Shown one piece after another: positions 7,907 to 18,116 of a stretch of DNA of 64,000 bases (positions are counted from its first letter, which is position 1; each line of letters starts with the position of its first letter). This stretch comes from Planctomycetota bacterium (GTDB lineage: Bacteria > Planctomycetota > UBA1135 > GCA-002748355): assembly GCA_026984035.1 (NCBI GenBank), contig JALSSW010000070.1:571-64570 (forward strand), read 5' to 3'. The translations under genes and the position numbers were made by a program. The notes beneath the pieces were generated by a model. That model had not been told where the DNA came from. It made no database searches and saw only the letters and a program-made list of their open reading frames with translations.

Positions 7907-10267
7907 TTATCTCCCTAGCTGAATTAAGGATTCAGTCATCTGGCTAACGATATTGATGAAGCGAGAGCTTGCCTGGAAAGCCTGTTGAAATCGCACAAGA
8001 TCCACCATCTCTTCGTCGATGTTCACTCCAGAAATGGAATCGCGTTGGTTTTTCAAAAATCCAAGAAGCGTATCCTGGCTTTTTAGGAGTTCTCTTGCCT
8101 TCTTTGTTTCGAAGCCAACGTCAGAAGCAATATCTGCATAGAAGTTCTCAATGCTTCCCCCGCCCAGGTCCTCGTAGTTTTCAGTCCGGAGATTGGCCAG
8201 AAGGGCTAAATTCTGGCTGTCTCCGGCGGCTTGTGTAAAGCCTGCCGCAATCAAGTCGGGGTCCCCTTCAAGCCTTTTTGAGACTCCGATATCGCTGGCC
8301 GTGGATCCCGTAAAGAATATATTGAGACCTAATCCAACAAGAGCGTCCGATGTATCAGGATCCTTTAGAGTATCCAGTGCAAGTTGATCTCCATTGGTTT
8401 TACTAATGGTTCCGGGACCGAAAGCGATCTCTACTCCATTCCCAACTTCGAGTTTGTCCCCGAAACTGTAGTTAGATCCGACATCAAGGCTTGCAATCTT
8501 TGTCCCTTCCTTGTCGTAGACGGCAATTTTCAAACCATCTGTGACTCCAATATCTCCATCACCCTCGGGGACAAAACGATAAAAGCCATTGTCATTTCCT
8601 GTAAACGTTCCTGAGATGCTAACAGCTACGGTGTCACTCTTTCCATTGACGGTGGTCCCCGTCAGGAGTCCCAAGGTTGCGAGGGGGTTATTGGTGCCAT
8701 CGGTGAGTTGAAGAGAGCTTGTTGTTCCTGTAGAGGTTGCTTTTAAGCTGATATTGTTTCCCACAACAAGGACGGTTGCGCTCAAGCTTGCAGCACTGAG
8801 TTTTGAGTTCAGGACAGTTGCCAGCTCTTTAGGGGTAACTGAAGAAGGTGTCTTAAAATCACTTGCTGTGAGACTGATTGTCGTGTTTGTTCCTCCATCG
8901 ACCGAGATTTGAAAATCGGAAGGAAGGGAGGACATATCAAATGGGCCTGATGATGTGCTTCCAATCGTTGCATGCTGACTTCCAAATGTTTTTGCGCTGT
9001 TTGGATTTGAGTCGAGTCTTTTGCTGAAATCAAAGCCGAAACCTGAGTCTGAAAGGATGCGTAATCTTCCTGTGGGATCAACAGAAGCATTAAGGTGAGC
9101 TACTTTGCTTATTTCACTCGCTAGATCCCCAAGGGTCATGGAATTCGGATCAATGGAAATCTTTGTTCGTTCCAAATCTCCGCTGTCTAAATCAGAGACT
9201 GAGATGTAAAGGTCTCCCTTTGTAACGTCGAAAGGGAACTCTCCGAAGGCCAGGAGTTCATCCGAAAATTGTTTATCCCCATCACCATCCTTGATGGGAT
9301 TCTCAGCAAGAAGAGATGTGAAAGGTCCAGATTTGGGCATTCCTGTCGAATGAATCCTGTTGGTCTCCAATGCAATTTTGTGTGCGAGGGAATCAAGGCG
9401 GGAAGTTATTTCGGGAAGGCTGTTTCTTTCAGATTCAAGCAATGCTGCGATCCGCCCTTCCTGGGGGGTTATCTTTGAAGTTGTGTTTCCAATAAAAATT
9501 TGAGTTTGATCATTGCTATCTTTTGCTGCCCGTAAAGTTGAAGCCGATCCACCGCTTACCAGGAGGTAGCCCCCGGCTAAAATGTCGAGAGATCCATTTT
9601 TTCGCTCCACCGCTTGTGTTTCCATTAAGGCGGAAAGCCCTTGGATGGCATTTTCTCGACGGTCACGCAACTCATTTGCCGAGTTTCCATTGGATTCCAG
9701 GGTTGTGATTTGTGTGTTTAGATTTGCGATTTCCTTTGAGAAGGCATTGACTTCCTTCAAATATCCCTGAACTTCATTGATCGTGTCATTTTTTAATGTG
9801 TTGAATCGATCGGCCAAAAGGTTGAACCCACCGGTTAGATTCTTTGAAGCCTGGAGAACGCCCCCTCGGAGGGATCGGCTTCCCGCGTCGCTCCGCAGCT
9901 TATCCACTTGAGTAAAGAACCCATTCAGTAAGCCGGAGAGTCCCCCATTTCCGGGTTCTCCAAAGACTCCTTCGATTTCAGAGAGCCGTCGAAATTCGGT
10001 ATCCGCTCTCCCAAAGATCCCATTCTGAGTTCGAACTCGCGCCTCTAAACGTCCGTCCAACACTCTTTGAATAGAGTCGATCTGGACGCCTGTTCCCAAA
10101 TGCATTCCTGTTTGCAGGGTGATCGGAAATGTTGTTCCAAGGAGGACCCGTTGACGGGTGTAACCGGGAGTGTTGGCATTGGAGACATTTTGTCCAATGA
10201 CCTGCATTGCAAAGCGAGCCGCATTGAGCCCTCGAAGACCCGTTCCTAATCCCATTCCAAATCCCAT
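7907..10267 (-). CDS. flgK: Flagellar hook-associated protein 1 FlgK (786 aa, enlarged)
   Basis: N-terminal rod/hook signature (GLNAARFAMQVIGQNVSNANTPGYTRQRV). C-terminal VNIDEEMVDLVRFQQAFQASSRFI. Confidence 0.93.
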   Translation of the reverse strand: MGFGMGLGTGLRGLNAARFAMQVIGQNVSNANTPGYTRQRVLLGTTFPITLQTGMHLGTGVQIDSIQRVLDGRLEARVRTQNGIFGRADTEFRRLSEIEGVFGEPGNGGLSGLLNGFFTQVDKLRSDAGSRSLRGGVLQASKNLTGGFNLLADRFNTLKNDTINEVQGYLKEVNAFSKEIANLNTQITTLESNGNSANELRDRRENAIQGLSALMETQAVERKNGSLDILAGGYLLVSGGSASTLRAAKDSNDQTQIFIGNTTSKITPQEGRIAALLESERNSLPEITSRLDSLAHKIALETNRIHSTGMPKSGPFTSLLAENPIKDGDGDKQFSDELLAFGEFPFDVTKGDLYISVSDLDSGDLERTKISIDPNSMTLGDLASEISKVAHLNASVDPTGRLRILSDSGFGFDFSKRLDSNPNSAKTFGSQHATIGSTSSGPFDMSSLPSDFQISVDGGTNTTISLTASDFKTPSSVTPKELATVLNSKLSAASLSATVLVVGNNISLKATSTGTTSSLQLTDGTNNPLATLGLLTGTTVNGKSDTVAVSISGTFTGNDNGFYRFVPEGDGDIGVTDGLKIAVYDKEGTKIASLDVGSNYSFGDKLEVGNGVEIAFGPGTISKTNGDQLALDTLKDPDTSDALVGLGLNIFFTGSTASDIGVSKRLEGDPDLIAAGFTQAAGDSQNLALLANLRTENYEDLGGGSIENFYADIASDVGFETKKARELLKSQDTLLGFLKNQRDSISGVNIDEEMVDLVRFQQAFQASSRFINIVSQMTESLIQLGR

Positions 10268-10279
10268 GATTTCCTCCGA

Positions 10280-10798
10280 TCAGAAACGAGCGTCGATAAA
10301 GCCCGATCTCCTTTTGTTTTGTTCTTTTTGTCCATTCTTGCCATAGGTCGGGACCTCCCCGGAGGAAGATGCTGCCAATTCTCGGATCACTCCTTCATGA
10401 CAGCGAGCAGACCAGCAAAGAAGTTCGGTTCCTACTCGAATCTCTACTTGGAGATCTGATGCCGTTTTTTTAGTTCGATCTGCAATCTGACTGAGTTGTT
10501 TTCCCAATTCCGGCTCTAAAGCTTTTGAAAGAAGAGATGCGGTTATTTGAGTTCCTTTTTTCCCAAAGACCTTTGCAATGTCATCAAGGAGTTCTTTTCT
10601 TTCCTTTTCCAGCGTTAAGCATTGGGCTGCTGCTTCCTCAAGACGAAGGTGCACCTTCTCGAGGTCTTCACCTCGGAAATTAATGAGGCCTTTACGTTCA
10701 GATATTAAGGTCTTTCGCAGGTTTTCCATTTCCAGGCTTTGCCGTGAAAGGAGTTCACACAATTTATGGATCATGGTTCGAATGGAAGACCTATTCAT
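10280..10798 (-). CDS. flgN: FlgN-family flagellar export chaperone
   Basis: Helical, heptad-rich sequence (LCELLSRQSLEMENLRKTLISERKGL...LEKERKELLDDIAK) immediately upstream of flgK. The start was moved to ATG 10798 (MNRSSIRT). Confidence 0.65.
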   Translation of the reverse strand: MNRSSIRTMIHKLCELLSRQSLEMENLRKTLISERKGLINFRGEDLEKVHLRLEEAAAQCLTLEKERKELLDDIAKVFGKKGTQITASLLSKALEPELGKQLSQIADRTKKTASDLQVEIRVGTELLCWSARCHEGVIRELAASSSGEVPTYGKNGQKEQNKRRSGFIDARF

Positions 10799-11207
10799 GA
10801 TCCATCCCCTTGAGGGTAGAATCATTGAGGAGCCCTTTTTGAGTTAAAGAATCCTCGGTTGAAAGGTTGATGGGGGTCGGTTGTGCAAGAGTCTTTTGGG
10901 GGATCAATCTTTGGCGTTCCCAATCTTCCATGAGTGCTTTTGCAAGGCCAATCCTTCCCGATTGAGCCATTTTGTCAGAGAGCAAGCGGTTGAAAAGTTG
11001 ACTTTGGACACCTGACCCTGGGGCTTTTCCAAACATTCCATCCCCCAGGGAATCCGCACTTTTCCTCATATCCCGAATAAGCATTCCCACAAAGATTCCT
11101 TCGAAACGCTTTGCCGCATTCCAAGCTTTTTCTCTGGAAGGAAGATTGTTTAATGTATTGTTTGCCCTTCCCTTTGGTGACTTTGTTTGTGTTGATGGAA
11201 TTATCAT
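10791..11207 (-). CDS. flgJ: Rod-binding protein (FlgJ N-terminal domain only, no muramidase domain)
   Basis: AAKRFEGIFVGMLIRDMRKS...SQLFNRLLSDKMAQSGRIGLAKAL matches the Rod_binding motif. 138 aa. Confidence 0.8.
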   Translation of the reverse strand: MIIPSTQTKSPKGRANNTLNNLPSREKAWNAAKRFEGIFVGMLIRDMRKSADSLGDGMFGKAPGSGVQSQLFNRLLSDKMAQSGRIGLAKALMEDWERQRLIPQKTLAQPTPINLSTEDSLTQKGLLNDSTLKGMDHE

Positions 11208-11213
11208 GGTTTC

Positions 11214-12368
11214 TTACCTCGTAACTAAATCAGCATGGAGATATCCGGCTTCGTGGAGACGATGGAGTATGGTTATTAGTTTTTGACCGTCTACCCCTAA
11301 TGCTTGGAGGCTTTCCAAAAGGTCATTCAGGGATGCCCCACCCCCGACTTTCTTTGGTTTATTCCCCTTTACCATTACATCGATTTTCGTCTGACGTACT
11401 GTTTTTGTCTTGCCATTGTTAATACCAGGAAGGGGTTGGCTCACAAAATCGTCTTCCACAACCTGAATAGTCAGGTCTGCAACTTGGATGATACAGGGGC
11501 TCAGTCTGACATCCTGACCAATGATGATCGTTCCCGTTTTTTCATCCAGGACGACCTTGGCAATTGGGGAGGGTTGGATTTCCAGCTCCAGGATTTCCGC
11601 GATGAGTTTGTTCAGAGCGTCTCGTTCCCTCCATGCCCTATCCAAGTTTAGGCAGATAAGATTCTCATCCTGAATTCTGGAGAAACCTATTCTCTTTTTA
11701 ATGAGCAAGTCGTTGATTACTTTGGAGGCCCTGCGAACCGTTTCGAAGGAACGTTGATTGACGATAAAACAAAGTTCACCCTTGTCGTTCAGGAGTTTGA
11801 CTTCGATGTCCTCGACGGTAGGTTCGCAAATGGCGCCACCTGGCAGGATGCCGACAGTTGGATGGTTTTTAGTAACCTTGGCATTTGTTCCTTTAGCTTC
11901 AAATCCCCCCAATAGGATTGGTCCTCCTGCTAAAGCAAAAATCTCCCTTCCCGATTCGTCCCGGAGTTCTGAGGTAAGAAGAGTTCCTCCTCTAAGAGAG
12001 GTCGCTTCACCAAGAGAACTCACCGTTACATCCATTCTGGTTCCGTGGTGGGCGAAGGGCGGAAGGATTGCTTCAATCCTAACCAAAGCAATATTCCCGG
12101 AGGCCACGGCATCCGTCCGAACTTTCAGGCCCCTCCGGGCAAGGTAGTTGACAAGGGCTTGGCGGGCGGCAACTGTTCCATCTCCGGTCCCTCGGAGACC
12201 TGTAATCAAACCAATGCCTTCCAATCTGTTCTCACGCACTCCCTGGATCCTCAGGAGTTCACGTAGTTTGATTGTGGGCTGTTGCTGTATTTGAGTCTGT
12301 TTTACCTGAGCCGGGAGTGCGGAGGCAAATAGGACTGCACAACAAACAATTAGGTGTTTTCTTTTCAT
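11214..12368 (-). CDS. flgI: Flagellar P-ring protein FlgI
   Basis: Signal peptide followed by RIQGVRENRLEGIGLITGLRGTGDG. 384 aa. Confidence 0.95.
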   Translation of the reverse strand: MKRKHLIVCCAVLFASALPAQVKQTQIQQQPTIKLRELLRIQGVRENRLEGIGLITGLRGTGDGTVAARQALVNYLARRGLKVRTDAVASGNIALVRIEAILPPFAHHGTRMDVTVSSLGEATSLRGGTLLTSELRDESGREIFALAGGPILLGGFEAKGTNAKVTKNHPTVGILPGGAICEPTVEDIEVKLLNDKGELCFIVNQRSFETVRRASKVINDLLIKKRIGFSRIQDENLICLNLDRAWRERDALNKLIAEILELEIQPSPIAKVVLDEKTGTIIIGQDVRLSPCIIQVADLTIQVVEDDFVSQPLPGINNGKTKTVRQTKIDVMVKGNKPKKVGGGASLNDLLESLQALGVDGQKLITILHRLHEAGYLHADLVTR

Positions 12369-12413
12369 GTGGTTGAGTTAGAGGGAGTCATGAGGGATAG
12401 AGGGAGGGTGGGC

Positions 12414-13043
12414 TTAGAATGGCCAAACAAGCCACCAAACTGTCTGAAAGACTCGAGCTACTGGCCCCTTAGTTATGGTTTCTGTGTTTCGGCCTTTGCC
12501 GAGAATCGCAATTTTGGCCTCCGCGACCTGGCTTGAAAGGATTGTGTTTTCTGGGGTGATGTCGAATGCACGCACGATGCCGGAAATTTTTAAAACTTTT
12601 TCTTCATCGTCAATGACGATGGCGCGGGTTCCTGTAAGGACAAGGTTTCCATTTGGGAGGATGTCAGCGACTGTCACAGCAACACGTGCTTCGAACTTTG
12701 AGTCTCGTTCCTGTTTCGCCTGCCCTTGGTTGGATGTGGAAGAACGTACATCCAGGTCGGGAAGGGTTCCCCCGGCAAACATATTGGGCTTGATCTGGAA
12801 AGACTCGAGGCTCGCCTGAAACGTGGATTGCTTGCTCCTTGTTGTTTTGTCCTCCTGTTTGATTGTGTGCACTTCACGGACAATGATTGTGAGGATGTCC
12901 CCAATGGCTTGGGCAGAATGGTCGGAAATCAAGGAATGTCTTCCTCCCGCTCTTGTTGAGCGAGCAAATAAGGATTGCCCCGTGACCGTTGACTCACTCA
13001 GAAAAAGGCTGAGTAAGAAGCTTGTCCAGATCCATCTGTTCAT
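12414..13043 (-). CDS. flgH: Flagellar L-ring protein FlgH
   Basis: SLFARS...SLISDHSAQAIGDILTIIVRE and GNLVLTGTRAIVIDDEEKVLKISGIVR are typical FlgH blocks. Confidence 0.93.
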   Translation of the reverse strand: MNRWIWTSFLLSLFLSESTVTGQSLFARSTRAGGRHSLISDHSAQAIGDILTIIVREVHTIKQEDKTTRSKQSTFQASLESFQIKPNMFAGGTLPDLDVRSSTSNQGQAKQERDSKFEARVAVTVADILPNGNLVLTGTRAIVIDDEEKVLKISGIVRAFDITPENTILSSQVAEAKIAILGKGRNTETITKGPVARVFQTVWWLVWPF

Positions 13044-13044
13044 C

Positions 13045-14067
13045 TCAGTTTCTCCTTATTTTTTGGGGGCTTCGTTTTATTCCGGCCAATACCACTCCTA
13101 CGCCATAAACCGTGGTGAAGATTGGTTCTCGCTTTCCAACGAGAAGAACCGGAATTGTTGCTCCTTTAACGCCGTCTTTCTGAGCGATTCCTCTTGTGGT
13201 TACCTTGACCGTCCCCCTAGCCGCAACAACCGTGATGATTTCCCCTCTGCGAATCACAAATGGTTTCTGCACGTCCCCCTTTGTGAGGATGGTTCCTTGG
13301 CGGAGGTTTCGAGATGCCACAAGCTCAGACAATTCCCCTATTTCTCGATATGGGTCGAGGGTTGCTTCTTTGATTTCTACTCGCCTGGTCGTAAGCATGT
13401 CGGCTTCAATCGGTTCGCCTCTCTTGACATTCCGAAGGAGAACGACCGCTTCCCCAAACCTTTGGATTTGAAAGGTAAGAGGAATTGAGGAAACAACCTT
13501 TCCATCTACGAAGATATCCACCCGGAGGAAGGCTGAGTTTGTTCCTACTTTTCCGGAAGGGATTCTGGCTTGTAATACCCTTGACTTCCTTCCAATTGGA
13601 ACTGTAACGGAGCGAGGTTTGCTAATAATGCGCCAAGTAGCATCGGATTCATGTTGCTTCCTCAGGGTTGCTCGAAGAGTGGTCTCAGCAGCAAGGATGA
13701 TTTCTTGGGCTGGGATCCTCTCGAGGGCAGCGAAGACTTGCACCCTGCTATAGCCTTTGATGGTAATGGTTTGAGGGTCCAGGTTCAGGCGGTTTAGGTT
13801 TCCCAAAATTTCCTTGGGGCTGATCCACCGGGCCCAATTCCCTACCGGTGCAGGCCCCAAGACCGTTTCTTCAAGTTTTTCTCGAAGAAGGCGGTCACGA
13901 CATTGAATTCTTGCAATGTCACCCAAGAGGATTGTATTACCTCGAATCTTTGCTTCTCGAAGAAGCTGTATGATGATTCGAGGAGTCTCCTTTTTCTTCA
14001 CTTCCTGTTTGGCTCCCTGAAAGGGGAGGAAAAGAATTCCGATCATGCAAAGGGTTGTAGAAACCAT
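13045..14067 (-). CDS. flgA: Flagellar P-ring assembly chaperone FlgA
   Basis: C-terminal SAF-type domain (RNLRQGTILTKGDVQKPFVIRRGEIITVVAARGTVKVTTRGIAQKDGVKGATIPV). Located between flgG and flgH. Confidence 0.85.
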   Translation of the reverse strand: MVSTTLCMIGILFLPFQGAKQEVKKKETPRIIIQLLREAKIRGNTILLGDIARIQCRDRLLREKLEETVLGPAPVGNWARWISPKEILGNLNRLNLDPQTITIKGYSRVQVFAALERIPAQEIILAAETTLRATLRKQHESDATWRIISKPRSVTVPIGRKSRVLQARIPSGKVGTNSAFLRVDIFVDGKVVSSIPLTFQIQRFGEAVVLLRNVKRGEPIEADMLTTRRVEIKEATLDPYREIGELSELVASRNLRQGTILTKGDVQKPFVIRRGEIITVVAARGTVKVTTRGIAQKDGVKGATIPVLLVGKREPIFTTVYGVGVVLAGIKRSPQKIRRN

Positions 14068-14073
14068 TTCCGA

Positions 14074-14865
14074 TTACCTAACGATGTTCGTTGTTTGGCT
14101 CAGCATCTGATCGCTGGAGCGTATTGCCCGGCTGTTCACTTCATATGCTCTCTGAGCAACGATTAAGTTCACAAGCTCTGAGACGACTTCCACATTGGAG
14201 CGTTCGAGAAAGGATTGCTGCAATTCTCCGGTGCCCCCTTCGCCTGGATTTAAAATTTGAGCGGGCCCAGATGCTTCGGTTGCAAGGAAAATGTTTCCTC
14301 CGCGCGCGAGGAGGCCAGCGGGGTTAACGAATCGGCCAAGCTGAAGTTTGCCAAGGGGGGTGCTTTTATCGGGGCTGGAAGCTTGGGTCACACTCACAGA
14401 GCCGTCACGGCTGATGCTTACACGAATTGTGTCCGAAGGGAATTGAATTGCCGGGACTACGCGGAGACCGTCCACTGTTACAAGGCGACGATCACGGTCA
14501 ACTTGGAAATGTCCATCCCTTGTATAGGCCGTGGATCCGTTGGGGAGCGTTACTTGGAAAAAACCATCTCCCTTGATGGCAACATCTAAACTTCTGTTTG
14601 TTCCTTCAAGGTTCCCAGGTTTGAAATTCATAGTAGTTCCCGAAACCCGAACTCCCGATCCGACTTGGATGCCTACTGGATTTGGGACTCCCCCTGACAC
14701 ATCAAGGCCGGGTGACTTAAGGGTTACATAGAGGAGGTCTTGGAATGTCGGTTGTGATCTTTTAAAGCCGGCGGTATTGACGTTGGCCAGATTGTTGGCG
14801 ATGGCGTCGACATACAGCTGTTGAGCTTTCATTCCAGTTGCGGCGGTATAGAGGCTTTTAATCAC
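14074..14865 (-). CDS. flgG: Flagellar distal rod protein FlgG
   Basis: MIKSLYTAATGMKAQQLYVDAIANNLANVNTAGFKRS at the N-terminus. C-terminal SNVEVVSELVNLIVAQRAYEVNSRAI. Confidence 0.95.
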   Translation of the reverse strand: MIKSLYTAATGMKAQQLYVDAIANNLANVNTAGFKRSQPTFQDLLYVTLKSPGLDVSGGVPNPVGIQVGSGVRVSGTTMNFKPGNLEGTNRSLDVAIKGDGFFQVTLPNGSTAYTRDGHFQVDRDRRLVTVDGLRVVPAIQFPSDTIRVSISRDGSVSVTQASSPDKSTPLGKLQLGRFVNPAGLLARGGNIFLATEASGPAQILNPGEGGTGELQQSFLERSNVEVVSELVNLIVAQRAYEVNSRAIRSSDQMLSQTTNIVR

Positions 14866-14907
14866 TTTTTATTCTCCATCTAGCTTGTTCCATTGTGAGG
14901 AAGGACG

Positions 14908-15645
14908 CTATCCCTGTGCCAATTGGTTGAGTCTGTCTGCGGTTTGTTCCACAACAGAGAGCGCTCGGGTTACTGATTGGAAGTGTCGTTGGACAGTAAT
15001 CATGGAAACTAATTCTTGCATTGTGTCGACGTTGGAGCTTTCGAGGCTTCCCTGGGTGACGGTAGTAAAGCGGTCTCGTATGGGCGCTCCGGCACTAGGG
15101 GTTGTTTCTAGAAGCCCAGAACCCAAAGGGCGGAGTTTGCTTGGATCCTTGAACTTCCATAAGCCAATCTTCCCCAGTACTTCTCCACTTTGGAGATCTT
15201 GGATTTCGCCCTTTGAGTCAACTTTGAATTGTGTGCCAAAAGAGATTTGAATAGGGGAGCCCTGCTCGTTTAATAGCTCCATCCCCTCTCCTGTAAGTAG
15301 GGTTCCATTGGGATCCACCTTGAGGGTTCCTACGCGTGTAAAATAGGTTTTGCCCGACTCCCCGGGTCGTCTGGTTTGGAAGAAACCCTCGCCTTTCAGG
15401 GCAATGTTGAGTCTATCATCTGTCTCTTGAATGCGTCCCTGTGAAAAGTCACCGAACTCTTGATAGACAGGGGTTGTAAGGCCATTGTTTGTTGCTTTTT
15501 GCAGTTCGTTTTGGAAGGGAATGAATGTCCCCGCCCTGCGCCTGTACCCAACGGATTGAGCATTTGCAATGTTGTTAGTTATTGATGCTTGGTTTTTAAC
15601 GAGAGCGTGAAGGCTTGCAGCGAGTGTGAGTTCAGCTGGATCCAC
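14908..15645 (-). CDS. flgF: Flagellar proximal rod protein FlgF
   Basis: ASITNNIANAQSVGYRRR at the N-terminus. C-terminal SNVDTMQELVSMITVQRHFQSVTRAL. Directly upstream of flgG. Confidence 0.88.
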   Translation of the reverse strand: MDPAELTLAASLHALVKNQASITNNIANAQSVGYRRRAGTFIPFQNELQKATNNGLTTPVYQEFGDFSQGRIQETDDRLNIALKGEGFFQTRRPGESGKTYFTRVGTLKVDPNGTLLTGEGMELLNEQGSPIQISFGTQFKVDSKGEIQDLQSGEVLGKIGLWKFKDPSKLRPLGSGLLETTPSAGAPIRDRFTTVTQGSLESSNVDTMQELVSMITVQRHFQSVTRALSVVEQTADRLNQLAQG

Positions 15646-15656
15646 TTTTATCTCCT

Positions 15657-17618
15657 CTATCTAACAATGTTGATCATTTCTGAGAGGACTTGATCAGTAG
15701 TTGTGATGACACGTGCGTTTGCTTGAAAGGCGCGTTGAGCTTCGATCAATCGGACAAATTCTTCAGCAATATCGACATTTGAATTCTCCAAGGCTCCCGA
15801 GACCACAGACCCGGTTCCCGCATTTCCTGCTGTTGTGAGGATTGCATTATCCGAATTAGGCGATTCCACAAATAGGGTGTCACCGATTCGGTTGAGGCCG
15901 GCAGGGTTCGGGAATAAGGCAACCCTCAGAGTTGCGATATCAGAGTTTTGACCGTTGGTATAAAACCCTTGCAGGGTTCCATTTTCATTGAATGCAATGT
16001 TAAGCAATTGTCCAGCAGCATAGCCATCTTGGTCTGTGGCTGCGGCGGTAGATTTATCTCCCAACATGGAGAGACCATCAAAAGCGGCGGAGGTTCCAAA
16101 ATCCAAGGTGACCGTTTGGGTTGTGCTGATGTCGTTAAAGGAGAACTCCAGGCTTTGATTTGTGTCAGTGACAACATTGAACGATCCATCGGAATTAAAT
16201 CGGATTTCTCTCACCGAATCGTCGACGAGGCTGCCTTCGGATGAGTCCATTGTGGACTTTAAGTGCCAGACTGTATGGTCTGTCTCATCGCGTGTTAAAG
16301 TCATCGTCACAGGATGACCTCGACCAAGGCTGTCAAAGACATCGATGGAAGTCGTCACAGTGTCCGGACCGGTCCCCTCCCTGGTAACCTTGAATGAAGT
16401 GTAATTGGTCTTGGCCGTCGAGCCTGCGTCCGAGATGAACAAAGAGAGAGTTGCTTCCCCTTCATCGTTTGCGGTCAAAGTGAGGGTCCCATCTGTCGAG
16501 ATGGCTGCAGTTGCTCCCGTTGTAGCTCCCGACTGAAAGAGGGTATTGGTGAATGTAACAAGATCTCCAAGGGTGGTTCCATCATTGGAGGATCCGAAGG
16601 TGAAGGTTCCCGCTACTTTATTTCCGGCTGGATCAGTCCCTGAAATCGTGATGGAATCCCCCGAAGCATAATCAGTATTGTTAATCGTTAAATCGTTCAG
16701 GGATGTTGTACTGGTTGCGGCTGATTGGGTTCCGGATGAAAGGACCGTATTAAAACCTAAGGTTGTTAAGGGGGTTCCGCTTCCATTGTCCAGTTTGATC
16801 GTTGCATCTTTGCCGACCTTATCGGTAGAGATTGTTACCGTGGTTCCGCTTTGGGTGACTGTAACACCGGTTGTTTGGCTTTCTATTCCGGCCTTGAATG
16901 TAGTGAAATCAACGCTGGTAAGGTTGGTCCCGAAATTTGCTGTATTGATGGTTACAGTTTGGGGAGACCCTCCATTTGCCGAGATTGTGAAGGTGTTTCC
17001 GCTCAAGCTACTCATGTCCAAGGGGAAAGAAATGGTGGCCGACTTTGTCGCAGCCGTTCCTTCGTAATAAGGAGAAGTAGAAGAAACCACTTCAGAGAGA
17101 GGACCGGTAACCTTCGCGGGAAGGGTGCCTTTGAAACTGACAGATGAAGTCTGTTTTGCAGGGAGAGTTCCGGTAAGGGGAACGGGAATGGAGTTCCCTG
17201 CACTGTCTATCACCGACATACCTGTTCGCAAGTCGATGAGGTTTCTGCCGGAGTCAACACCAAAGGAACCCACCCGTGTGTAGAAATTTTGGGTCCCATC
17301 TGAGAGGACAAAAAAACCCGCTCCCTTCATGGCCACATCCAAGGGACGACCGGTATTCAAGAAGGTCCCCTGGTTTGTATTTGGGTCGATTGAAGAAACC
17401 TGGGCGCCTAAGCCAATTTGCATTGGGTTTATTCCTCCACGGAGGCCGCTTGGCCCTTGTCCGGGAGAAAGTGTGGAAGAAAGAAGGTCGGAGAAAGTGA
17501 CCCGGGAACTCCAAAAACCGGGGGTGTTGACGTTGGCTAGGTTATTACCAATAACATCAATAAACCTCTGTTGGGCACGCATACCCGAAAGACCAGTGAA
17601 GAGTGAGGTACTTACCAT
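15657..17618 (-). CDS. flgE: Flagellar hook protein FlgE (653 aa, large Thr/Ser/Gly-rich central insert)
   Basis: SLFTGLSGMRAQQRFIDVIGNNLANVNTPGF at the N-terminus. C-terminal SNVDIAEEFVRLIEAQRAFQANARVI. Confidence 0.95.
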   Translation of the reverse strand: MVSTSLFTGLSGMRAQQRFIDVIGNNLANVNTPGFWSSRVTFSDLLSSTLSPGQGPSGLRGGINPMQIGLGAQVSSIDPNTNQGTFLNTGRPLDVAMKGAGFFVLSDGTQNFYTRVGSFGVDSGRNLIDLRTGMSVIDSAGNSIPVPLTGTLPAKQTSSVSFKGTLPAKVTGPLSEVVSSTSPYYEGTAATKSATISFPLDMSSLSGNTFTISANGGSPQTVTINTANFGTNLTSVDFTTFKAGIESQTTGVTVTQSGTTVTISTDKVGKDATIKLDNGSGTPLTTLGFNTVLSSGTQSAATSTTSLNDLTINNTDYASGDSITISGTDPAGNKVAGTFTFGSSNDGTTLGDLVTFTNTLFQSGATTGATAAISTDGTLTLTANDEGEATLSLFISDAGSTAKTNYTSFKVTREGTGPDTVTTSIDVFDSLGRGHPVTMTLTRDETDHTVWHLKSTMDSSEGSLVDDSVREIRFNSDGSFNVVTDTNQSLEFSFNDISTTQTVTLDFGTSAAFDGLSMLGDKSTAAATDQDGYAAGQLLNIAFNENGTLQGFYTNGQNSDIATLRVALFPNPAGLNRIGDTLFVESPNSDNAILTTAGNAGTGSVVSGALENSNVDIAEEFVRLIEAQRAFQANARVITTTDQVLSEMINIVR

Positions 17619-17654
17619 ATTGAGGGATCTCCTTGTTGTTCGTTCCTGTGTGGG

Positions 17655-18116
17655 CTACTTCTTGGATTTGCTCTTGTTACCCGCCTTGGAGTTATTGATG
17701 GAGGTCACAGCAGAAAGTGGGATCTCTTTTCCACCGATGAGGAGTTTTATTTCGCCGCTTTCCGCAACGCTGACCGAGTCCACCTTTCCCGTCTTCTTTG
17801 TTCCGTTTTCATCCGCTACATATTGAACTTCTTTACCAAGCATGGCCGTCCCTTGAGTGAGCCCGGAGAGGCGAGCCAAGGCTCCTTGGAATTGGAGAAG
17901 ATTGAGAAGGTTGTCATTGAGTTCTTTTTGTTGTTCCATCGAGGAGAGCTGACTCATTTGCATGACCATGTCATTGTTCTTGACTGGGTCTAAAGGTGAT
18001 TGGGATCGCAGTTGGGTAACAAGGATTTGGAGGAATGGGTTTTCTCCAAATTTCGTTTTTCCGGCCGCGAAGATATTGGCCCTTTGCTTGGCCCCATTGA
18101 TTGCTCCTGTTTCCAT
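17655..18116 (-). CDS. flgD: Flagellar hook capping/assembly protein FlgD
   Basis: FLQILVTQLRSQSPLDPVKNNDMVMQMSQLSSMEQ is the FlgD N-terminal signature. Confidence 0.92.
   Translation of the reverse strand: METGAINGAKQRANIFAAGKTKFGENPFLQILVTQLRSQSPLDPVKNNDMVMQMSQLSSMEQQKELNDNLLNLLQFQGALARLSGLTQGTAMLGKEVQYVADENGTKKTGKVDSVSVAESGEIKLLIGGKEIPLSAVTSINNSKAGNKSKSKK

Noticed and set aside
12823-13488. 221-aa plus-strand ORF
   Set aside because: It is antisense to flgH and flgA inside a tightly packed minus-strand operon. No motifs were recognised.
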